32,000 nt of DNA, taken from Vibrio vulnificus CMCP6 (lineage in GTDB: Bacteria; Pseudomonadota; Gammaproteobacteria; Enterobacterales; Vibrionaceae). The position numbers and the translations under genes are program-made. Each line of letters opens with the position of its first letter. Positions within the stretch are counted from its first letter, which is position 1. The notes under the pieces are model-generated. The model made no database searches, was not told the origin of the DNA, and saw only the letters and a program-made list of their open reading frames with translations. Positions 18,063-25,482 of this stretch are shown here, one piece after another. The stretch spans positions 1,800,001-1,832,000 of the forward strand of contig NC_004460.2 in the NCBI RefSeq assembly GCF_000039765.1, written 5' to 3'.

Positions 18063-19065
18063 TCTGCGGCGCCAAGGCGAGGCTGTTTTTTTATCGTGTC
18101 GACGCTTTAGGTTCGATGCCATTCGTTTTACGGGGGCTCGCGGCGGAATGGATTCCGGATAGCTCGCTCAGGCTCGTCCGGAATGACGTGCTTTTTGATT
18201 ATGGAAGTGTCGTGCTTTAAGTGTCATTCCCGATAGTGACGAAGGAGCGTGATCGGGAAACCATGGTATTTGCTTGGTGTTGGGGTGAATTTTCATCTCG
18301 ATAGAAATGGATTTTTTTGTCTTCGGCACCAAGGCGAGGCTGTTTTTATCGTGTCGACGCTTTAGGCTCGATGCCATTCGTTTTACGGGTGCTCGCGGCG
18401 GAATGGATTCCGGATAGCTCGCTCAGGCTCGTCCGGAATGACGTGCTTTTTGATTATGGAAGTGTCGCGCTTTAAGTGTCATTCCCGATAGTGACGAAGG
18501 AGCGTGGTCGGGAAACCATGGTATTTTCTGGCGCGAATGCGAAAGTTCACCACGATAGAAATGGATTGTTTGTTATAGGCACCAAGGCAAGGTTGTCTTT
18601 TATCGTTTCGACGCTTTAGGTTCGATGCCATTCGTTTTGCGGGTGCTCGCGGCGGAATGGATTCCGGATAGCTCGCTCAGGCTCGTCCGGAATGACGAGT
18701 TCTTTGATAATGGAAGTGTCGCGCCTAAGTGTCATTCCCGATAGCGACGAAGGAGCGTGGTCGGGAAACCATGGCATTTGCTTGGTGTTGGGGCGAATTT
18801 TTCCCTCGATAGAAATAGATTTTTTTGTTTTCTGCGCCAAGGCGAGGCTGTTTTTTTATCGATTCGACGCTTTAGGTGCGATGTCATCCGTTTTACGAAG
18901 AACGCGGCGGAATGGATTCCAGATAGCTCGCTCAGGCTCGTCTGGAATGACGAGTTCTTTGATAATGGAAGTGTCGCGCCTAAGTGTCATTCCCGATAGC
19001 GACGAAGGAGCGTGATCGGGAAACCATGGTATTTGCTTGGTGTTGGGGCTTAAGTTGGCCATAGT
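18051..19065 (+). repeat. Tandem array of four ~255-bp copies of a hairpin-rich non-coding element
   Basis: Unit starts are at 18051, 18308, 18562 and 18816. The landmark (G/T)TCGACGC recurs at 18098, 18353, 18607 and 18863. The copies are collinear with scattered substitutions and small indels. Confidence 0.95.
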
Positions 19066-19117
19066 ATCTTTAACGATGAGTCTTGTTAGGTCGACGCGGT
19101 GATCTCACTTCATCTAT

Positions 19118-19167
19118 TTGTCATCTTCTGGCTATAAATTTGTCATTGGAACGTAACACTCTAAAAC
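19118..19167 (+). promoter_or_regulatory. Candidate independent phnT promoter: Pho-box-like repeats TTGTCAT-cttc-TGGCTAT-aaat-TTGTCAT plus a possible -10 TAAAAC (19162-19167)
   Basis: 7-bp words at 19118, 19129 and 19140 in an 11-bp register. TTGTCA at 19140 could also serve as a -35 element, 16 nt from TAAAAC. Confidence 0.35.
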
Positions 19168-19173
19168 TAAATT

Positions 19174-19185
19174 TGGTATATACCA
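19174..19185. promoter_or_regulatory. Candidate PhnR operator, perfect palindrome TGGTATATACCA, 15 nt upstream of phnT
   Basis: Perfect 12-bp palindrome of the same TGGT-N4-ACCA type as the phnW and phnS sites. Confidence 0.55.
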
Positions 19186-19200
19186 TTTGGAGTGTGTGTT

Positions 19201-20307
19201 ATGTCAACTAACCAACCTTACCTAAATATTGAAAATGTTGTGAAGCAATTCGGTCAGTTCACGGCATTAAAGAATATCTCGCTGGCGATACAAAAAGGCG
19301 AATTCGTTTGTTTCTTGGGCCCTTCTGGCTGCGGTAAAACCACTTTATTACGAGCCATCGCTGGTTTAGACCTACCAACGTCTGGTGCGATTTTTCAAAA
19401 CGGTCAAGAAACCACATTCCTACCACCAGAGAAGCGCGATTTTGGCATCGTATTCCAATCTTATGCGCTGTTTCCGAATCTAACTGTGCAAGAGAACATT
19501 GCGGTGGGTTTGAAGAACCAAGGCATGTCGACCAAAGAAGCGTTAGAGACTGTGGAGATGTGGCTTGAGACCATTGGCCTGCCAACTTCTGGTGAGAAGT
19601 TCCCGAACCAGCTTTCCGGTGGGCAGCAGCAGCGTGTTGCTTTGGCCCGCGCGTTGGCGTTGTCTCCAGGTCTACTGTTACTCGATGAGCCTTTGTCGGC
19701 GCTGGATGCAAAAGTGCGCGTTCACTTGCGTAATGAAATTTGCAAGCTGCAACGCAAGCTCGGCATCACCACCATTATGGTTACACACGATCAGGACGAA
19801 GCCCTGTCGATGGCCGATCGCATCGTGGTGATGAACCATGGGGTGATTGAGCAAGTCGGCACACCTCAAGAGATCTACCAACAACCAGCAACGCGCTTTG
19901 TCGCTGAGTTTGTCGGCAGCATGAACTTTATTGAAACCTCCGTCGCAACGGATTCCCAAGTGCGCATTGCTGAGACCTTGATGCCAGCGCCAAGCCTGAC
20001 CAATCGTAAGATCCAACGTGGCGACCGATTCGATCTGGCTGTGCGTCCTGAAAGCATCAAGTTCGTTGAAAACTACAACAACTCTTTACCGGTACGTGTT
20101 ACCGCAACCGAGTTTCTGGGGGCGTTTTTCCGCATTGATTGTGTATTGCAAAACGACAGCGCAAGCCAAACCATCGTTGTGGATGTGCCTGTAGAAACAG
20201 TGCAGAAACTTACTATCAAGGCGGGCGATGTACGTTACATCCAGTTTGCGGAAGAAGGGTTACATGGTTACGCCGTGCCTTCGGTTGATAAAGCGCTAGC
20301 GGCGTAG
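19201..20307 (+). CDS. phnT: 2-aminoethylphosphonate ABC transporter ATP-binding protein
   Basis: Walker A GPSGCGKTT, signature LSGGQQQRVALARAL and Walker B LLLLDEPLSALD. GGAG lies upstream of ATG 19201. The track start at 19192 is a GTG. Confidence 0.9.
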   Translation: MSTNQPYLNIENVVKQFGQFTALKNISLAIQKGEFVCFLGPSGCGKTTLLRAIAGLDLPTSGAIFQNGQETTFLPPEKRDFGIVFQSYALFPNLTVQENIAVGLKNQGMSTKEALETVEMWLETIGLPTSGEKFPNQLSGGQQQRVALARALALSPGLLLLDEPLSALDAKVRVHLRNEICKLQRKLGITTIMVTHDQDEALSMADRIVVMNHGVIEQVGTPQEIYQQPATRFVAEFVGSMNFIETSVATDSQVRIAETLMPAPSLTNRKIQRGDRFDLAVRPESIKFVENYNNSLPVRVTATEFLGAFFRIDCVLQNDSASQTIVVDVPVETVQKLTIKAGDVRYIQFAEEGLHGYAVPSVDKALAA

Positions 20308-20315
20308 GTGTAAAC

Positions 20316-22040
20316 ATGGATGCAAAGATAATGACAATGAATAGCCTCACCACACAAGACAAAGCGAAATCTTTACTCGGGCGCATCAGTCGTGACAACC
20401 TCGTGTTGTTTGGCTTGTTGGCCGGTTTATCGGTATTGATGGTGCTGTTCATCTTAATGCCGCTTTGGGCAATGTTGACCAAAAGCGTACAAAACAGCGA
20501 TGGTGAGTTTGTTGGGTTAGCCAACTTTGTGACGTACTTTGCCTCTTCAAGCTTGTGGGTTTCCGTCGGCAACACCTTTACTTTGGGCGTGATTGTGACC
20601 TCGGTAGTGGGTGTACTTGCGTTTGGTTATGCCTACGCGCTGACTCGTTCATGTATGCCGTTCAAAGGTTTGTTTCAAATCCTAGGTACTGCGCCGATTC
20701 TCGCGCCTTCGTTGTTACCGGCGATCAGTTTGATCTTCCTTTTTGGTAATCAAGGCATTGCCAAAGAAATGCTGTTAGGAAACTCGGTTTACGGCGTGAT
20801 TGGTATTTCGATGGGTTTGATCTTCTGGACCTTCCCTCATGCATTGATGATTTTGACCACTTCGCTGCGCACTTCCGATGCCCGTTTGTATGAAGCCGCC
20901 CGCGCGCTGAAAACCTCACCAATCAAAACCTTCTTTATGGTGACGTTACCGGCGGCGAAATACGGTTTGATCAGTACCCTGATTGTTGTATTCACGTTGG
21001 TGATTACCGATTTTGGTGTACCTAAAGTAATTGGTGGCAGCTACAACGTTCTGGCGACGGACATCTTCAAGCAAGTGGTGGGGCAACAAAACTTTGCTAT
21101 GGGGGCGGTGACCAGCATTCTGTTGCTATTCCCTGCGGTCATGGCGTTTGGTGCAGACCGTTGGGTACAGAAAAAACAAAAGAGCTTATTCGACACGCGT
21201 TCAGTGCCTTATCAGCCAGAACCTAACAAAGCGCGCGACAGCATTTGTTTGGTTTACTGCAGCATCATTTCTATTGCAGTGTTGGCAGTACTTGGCATGG
21301 CGATGTATGGCTCGTTAGTTACTTTCTGGCCTTGGAACAAAGCGCTGACACTAAACAACTATAACTTTGCTGAAATGAGCACTTACGGTTGGAGTCCATT
21401 CTTTAACTCGCTAACGCTGGCAGGTTGGACTGCGCTTATTGGTACAGCCATTATTTTCGTCGGTGCGTATTGCATTGAAAAAGGGCGTGCGTTTGGGCCA
21501 GTTCGTCAAGTGATGCAAATGCTCAGCGTGGTGCCAATGGCGGTTCCCGGTATGGTGCTTGGCTTGGGTTACATTTTTTATTTTAACGATGCGAACAATC
21601 CTTTGAACGTGCTTTATGGCACCATGGCATTCTTGGTGATTAACACCGTAGTGCACTATTACACGGTCGGCCATATGACAGCATTAACGGCGCTCAAGCA
21701 ACTGCCTTCAGAAATAGAAGCCACAGCGGCATCGGTCAAGCTGCCACAGTATAAGCTCTTTTTTAAAGTGAGTTTGCCCGTGTGCTTTCCTGCGGTTTTG
21801 GATATTGCTAGCTACTTGTTTGTTAATGCATTAACCACCACTTCTGCGGTAGTATTCCTCTATTCGACGGATACCATTCCCGCGTCAGTATCGATTCTCA
21901 ATATGGACGATGCAGGCCAAACGGGCGCAGCGGCGGCAATGGCGGTGATGATCATGCTATCGGCCGCTATCGCAAAAATCGTGCAAATGATATTGGGCCA
22001 ATGGTTAGACAGTCGTACTCAAGCTTGGCGGAAAAGATAA
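20316..22040 (+). CDS. phnU: 2-aminoethylphosphonate ABC transporter permease (fused two-domain, ~12 TM)
   Basis: A 574-aa polytopic membrane protein with two permease halves. It starts 8 nt after phnT. Confidence 0.85.
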   Translation: MDAKIMTMNSLTTQDKAKSLLGRISRDNLVLFGLLAGLSVLMVLFILMPLWAMLTKSVQNSDGEFVGLANFVTYFASSSLWVSVGNTFTLGVIVTSVVGVLAFGYAYALTRSCMPFKGLFQILGTAPILAPSLLPAISLIFLFGNQGIAKEMLLGNSVYGVIGISMGLIFWTFPHALMILTTSLRTSDARLYEAARALKTSPIKTFFMVTLPAAKYGLISTLIVVFTLVITDFGVPKVIGGSYNVLATDIFKQVVGQQNFAMGAVTSILLLFPAVMAFGADRWVQKKQKSLFDTRSVPYQPEPNKARDSICLVYCSIISIAVLAVLGMAMYGSLVTFWPWNKALTLNNYNFAEMSTYGWSPFFNSLTLAGWTALIGTAIIFVGAYCIEKGRAFGPVRQVMQMLSVVPMAVPGMVLGLGYIFYFNDANNPLNVLYGTMAFLVINTVVHYYTVGHMTALTALKQLPSEIEATAASVKLPQYKLFFKVSLPVCFPAVLDIASYLFVNALTTTSAVVFLYSTDTIPASVSILNMDDAGQTGAAAAMAVMIMLSAAIAKIVQMILGQWLDSRTQAWRKR

Positions 22041-22049
22041 GGACACTTC

Positions 22050-22754
22050 GTGCAATACGTAAAAATTAAAGATTCGATTGTTGAACAGATTGAAGCAGGC
22101 ATGTTAGCGCCAAGACAAAAGTTGCCAGCAGAACGCAAATTAGCTGAGTCGTTTGATACCACACGAGTTACGCTGCGCGAGGCGTTGTCTTTATTGGAAG
22201 CGGAAGGTCGAATCTATCGCGAAGATCGCCGAGGTTGGTTTATCTCGCCTTTACCGTTGCGTTACGACCCAACTCAAACACTGAATTTTACCAATATGGC
22301 GTTAGCGCAGAATCGAGTGCCGAAAACACAACTGCTCGGCGCAAAAGCGATTTTAGCTAACAAAGTGGCGGCTCGCTTACTTAACCTTCAGCCATTTTCT
22401 GATGTGTTCCGTGTTGATCGTGTGCGTTATCTTGAAGACCGCCCGGTGGTGTACGTAACAAATTACGTTCGCCCTGAGTTGTTTCCCAATCTGTTAGACC
22501 ACGATTTATCGAACTCACTGACGGATATCTATCGTGAGCACTTTGGGGTCAGCTATCAAAAAACGCGCTACCGCATTTCTACCAGTACCTTGCTCGGAGA
22601 GATGGCTCAGGCGCTACGCGCAACTTCTGGGACGCCAGCAATGGTGGTGGAGCGCATTAACTACAATCAGCATGGCGAGCTCATTGACTGCGATATTGAA
22701 TATTGGCGTCATGATGCCATTTGTATCGAGTCTCTCGCAGAATTGGCAAGATGA
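22050..22754 (+). CDS. phnR: GntR/HutC-family transcriptional regulator of the phn locus
   Basis: Winged HTH (KLPAERKLAESFDTTRVTLREALSLLEAEGRIY) plus a UTRA-type C-terminal domain. GTG start 9 nt after phnU, with AAGGAC upstream. Confidence 0.85.
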   Translation: MQYVKIKDSIVEQIEAGMLAPRQKLPAERKLAESFDTTRVTLREALSLLEAEGRIYREDRRGWFISPLPLRYDPTQTLNFTNMALAQNRVPKTQLLGAKAILANKVAARLLNLQPFSDVFRVDRVRYLEDRPVVYVTNYVRPELFPNLLDHDLSNSLTDIYREHFGVSYQKTRYRISTSTLLGEMAQALRATSGTPAMVVERINYNQHGELIDCDIEYWRHDAICIESLAELAR

Positions 22755-22836
22755 TCACATGGTGAAATAAGCCAATTGAAGTCTGTTTCATATCCGAGTA
22801 TTTTCCTAATCGATAAGCATTCTTCTATGCAGTGTT

Positions 22837-22861
22837 AAGGCTCCATCTGGAGCCTTTTCTA
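22837..22861 (+). terminator. Hairpin terminator after phnR
   Basis: AAGGCTC-catctg-GAGCCTT followed by TTCT. Confidence 0.55.
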
Positions 22862-22873
22862 TAAGGAACGCAG

Positions 22874-23776
22874 ATGAATTCATTGGCGATAGTGTTAGTC
22901 ATCATTTCAGCCGTTTTTCATGCAGGTTGGAATATCCTTGGTAAGAGCCATTCTGGTTCAGGCCCTACCTTTACTATGGTGGCCAGCCTTGCTGCCTCCC
23001 TATTGCTCACGCCTTATCTGATTTGGTACCTAAGCCAAGTTGGTTGGTCAGCGTTACCCGCAACGTTCTGGTGGCTGCTGATCATTAGCGGTATTTCACA
23101 AATGATCTATCTGGTTGGCCTCATCATTGCGTACAAACACGCTGACGTTGGTGTGGTGTATCCCATCGCGCGTTCACTGCCAGTCATGATGGTGGGTGGA
23201 GTAAGTCTAGTGTTGGGATACGAGCTTACCGTCCAACAATGGTTCGGTTTTATGCTGATCACTTTAGGTTGCATGTTGGTGCCATTGACTCATTTTAACC
23301 AGATGAGACCAGCCTCTTACCTGAATGTTGGGGTTGCTTGGGCGCTGGTGGCAGCGTTGGGTACCGCAGGGTACTCGGTGATCGACAAAGAAGCGTTGGC
23401 GTTGGTCACGCAAACCGCGCACTCCTTTTTGGCGGATCAATACAGTGCTATTTTTTATCTTGGTATTCAGTTCTGGGCAATGGGGCTGCCGATGTTGCTT
23501 TGGTGCTTGAAGTTCTCCAAGCGCACCGAATTTGAATATGCCTGGAACATCCGCCTAAGCGCAAGTTTGGCAGGGGTAATGATGGCATCGACTTACGGTT
23601 TGGTGCTGTTTGCGATGACCATGACTGATAACGTCAGTTTGGTGGTCGCTTTGCGCCAAGTCAGCATCGTGTTTGGTTTGCTGATGGGTATTCAATTTTT
23701 GGGTGAGAAGTGGTACCTCACTCGTGGGGTTGGCGTCGCTTCAATCGTGGCTGGATTAGTGTTAACGCTTACCTAA
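22874..23776 (+). CDS. EamA/DMT-superfamily transporter (10 TM)
   Basis: A 300-aa hydrophobic protein with the two-fold EamA-like repeat pattern. AAGGAA lies upstream. Confidence 0.8.
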   Translation: MNSLAIVLVIISAVFHAGWNILGKSHSGSGPTFTMVASLAASLLLTPYLIWYLSQVGWSALPATFWWLLIISGISQMIYLVGLIIAYKHADVGVVYPIARSLPVMMVGGVSLVLGYELTVQQWFGFMLITLGCMLVPLTHFNQMRPASYLNVGVAWALVAALGTAGYSVIDKEALALVTQTAHSFLADQYSAIFYLGIQFWAMGLPMLLWCLKFSKRTEFEYAWNIRLSASLAGVMMASTYGLVLFAMTMTDNVSLVVALRQVSIVFGLLMGIQFLGEKWYLTRGVGVASIVAGLVLTLT

Positions 23777-23918
23777 ACACTCTTGGTTTAAGTGCTGAGT
23801 CAATTCGAGTTTTTCAGTCATCGTTATCATTTCTTACGCTGTACAACAGTTTTTCTCGCTCGTGCCTTTGGCGAGCGTTTTGTAATTTATCGTTATGATT
23901 ATTGCAAAGGAAAACCCC

Positions 23919-25367
23919 ATGCGAAATGTTAATGCCACTAAACAATCGGGCTCACCGTCGAACCATTCACACCCTTCTTTCTGGTTTAAACAAGCGATCG
24001 AACAGGAGCAACCCCCATCAGCAAAACCACTGCAGGGGCAACTTGAGACGGATGTTTTGATTGTCGGTGGTGGCTACACGGGTTTGTGGACGGCCATCAT
24101 GCTCAAAGAGCAGGCACCAGAAAAACGGATTACCGTCATTGAAAAGGGGCTATGTGGCAGCGGAGCCTCGGGTGCAAATGGTGGCTGTATGCTGACATGG
24201 TCAACCAAGTATCCGACGCTCAAGCGATTGTTTGGTGAAGACCACGCCAAGTGGTTGGTTGAGCAATCGGAAAAAGCCGTCTTAGACATTGAGGCATTTT
24301 GCCAACAACACCAAATTGACGCACAACTTTCGTCAAAAGGCGTTTATTACACCGCGACCAACTCGGCGCAGAAAGGCGCATTACAGCCTGTCGTCGCGGA
24401 GCTAGAGCGTTTGAATATCAACAGTTGGCGTCATTGTGAACAACACGAACTCGCCACCCATAGCGGCTCGCCTCGCAATGTTGATGGCCACTACTCGGCG
24501 ATCGCGGCCACTGTTCAACCTGCAATGTTAGCAAGAGGGCTGCGAAAAGTGGCCATAGAGATGGGCGTGCAGATCTATGAGCACACACCAATGACGGCGT
24601 TAGCATATGGAGAACCAGCGAAAGTCACTACGCCTCAAGGGGAAATTTATGCACAGCAAGTGGTTCTTGCGCTGAATGCTTGGATGGTGGAACAGTTTCC
24701 GCAATTTAAGCGCAGCATTGTGGTGGTCTCGTCAGATATGGTGATTACCCAATCGCTTGCACCTGAAGCTTTAGTTGATGCAGGTTGGAAGGCAGGAAGC
24801 AGCGTGTTGGACTCACGAATTTTTGTGCATTATTACCGCGATACGGTTGATGGCCGCTTAATGCTCGGAAAAGGGGGTAATCATTTTTCCTATAACAATG
24901 CGGTAGAGCCGATGTTCCAGCGCGCTACACGCTACCAAGATTTGCTACGTCGTTCCTTCGACAAGCTCTTTCCAAGCTTAAAAGGCGAAGAATTTGCTTA
25001 CAGTTGGACAGGTGGTTCGGATCGCTCTGCTACGGGTTTCCCTTTTTTCGACCGCTTAGCAGGGCAAACTAATGTCTTCTACGGTTTTGGCTATTCAGGC
25101 AATGGTGTTGCTCAAACGCGAATGGGTGGCAAGATTCTCTCCTCTTTGGTGTTGGGAATAGACAACGAATGGAGCCAGTGCGGCTTGGCGAAAGGTCCGT
25201 TAGGGCAATTCCCTCCAGAGCCGTTTCGTTGGTTGGGTGCCATGATGGTGCGCAATGCAGTGAGAAGAAAAGAAGAGGCGGAAGACAACGAACAAACACC
25301 TTGGCTCTGGGATAAATGGCTGGCAAAGCTGGCAGGCCCTGCTGGCAAGGCGGACAAGCTTGAATAA
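23919..25367 (+). CDS. FAD-dependent oxidoreductase (DAO/PuuB-like amine oxidoreductase family)
   Basis: Dinucleotide-binding motif DVLIVGGGYTGLWTA and overall resemblance to gamma-glutamylputrescine oxidoreductase-type proteins. Start chosen at MRNVNATKQ (AAGGAAA upstream). The track start is 23895. Confidence 0.8.
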   Translation: MRNVNATKQSGSPSNHSHPSFWFKQAIEQEQPPSAKPLQGQLETDVLIVGGGYTGLWTAIMLKEQAPEKRITVIEKGLCGSGASGANGGCMLTWSTKYPTLKRLFGEDHAKWLVEQSEKAVLDIEAFCQQHQIDAQLSSKGVYYTATNSAQKGALQPVVAELERLNINSWRHCEQHELATHSGSPRNVDGHYSAIAATVQPAMLARGLRKVAIEMGVQIYEHTPMTALAYGEPAKVTTPQGEIYAQQVVLALNAWMVEQFPQFKRSIVVVSSDMVITQSLAPEALVDAGWKAGSSVLDSRIFVHYYRDTVDGRLMLGKGGNHFSYNNAVEPMFQRATRYQDLLRRSFDKLFPSLKGEEFAYSWTGGSDRSATGFPFFDRLAGQTNVFYGFGYSGNGVAQTRMGGKILSSLVLGIDNEWSQCGLAKGPLGQFPPEPFRWLGAMMVRNAVRRKEEAEDNEQTPWLWDKWLAKLAGPAGKADKLE

Positions 25368-25482
25368 TATTACTGTCACTAACTGACGATAGGCTGCTCT
25401 TTACATTGTAAATTGGAAAACAAACATGCGGTTGTCTTCTTATTGGGGCGCGTGTTTGGTTTCGCTCAAGTGAGAGTACTGA

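Noticed and set aside
18110-18120. GGTTCGATGCC resembles a tRNA T-arm/T-loop, which could indicate a tRNA-like element or integration site.
   Set aside because: The flanking bases cannot form the 5-bp T stem. No acceptor or anticodon arms are evident. The word is not conserved in copies 2 (GGCTCGATGCC) and 4 (GGTGCGATGTC).
18263-18304. A mini-ORF (MVFAWCWGEFSSR) follows the AAGGAG in each unit and could be a leader peptide.
   Set aside because: The AAGGAG-to-ATG spacing is 15 nt, which is long. The peptide differs between copies, with non-synonymous changes and different ends. Copy 2 reads a completely different sequence after codon 3. It remains only a remote possibility.
18026-19062. Six ORFs of 64-107 aa from the six-frame track lie inside the repeat array (18026..18220+, 18168..18377-, 18616..18840-, 18692..19015+, 18757..18999+, 18856..19062-). 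Some share peptide segments such as PNTKQIPWFPDHAPSSLSGMTL.
   Set aside because: The shared peptides simply reflect DNA repetition. Frames are broken differently in different copies, for example by the 1-nt indel between the copy 1/2 and copy 3/4 loop variants. No ORF spans the array, and the composition (Cys/Phe/Arg-rich) is not protein-like. No credible RBS precedes any of them.
18051-19065. The array could be a CRISPR array, an integron attC/VCR cassette array or a MITE cluster.
   Set aside because: The units are about 255 bp and directly abutting with no unique spacers, so it is not CRISPR. No integrase or transposase lies nearby, there are no terminal inverted repeats or target duplications, and the sequence does not resemble the V. 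cholerae repeat (VCR) as I recall it.
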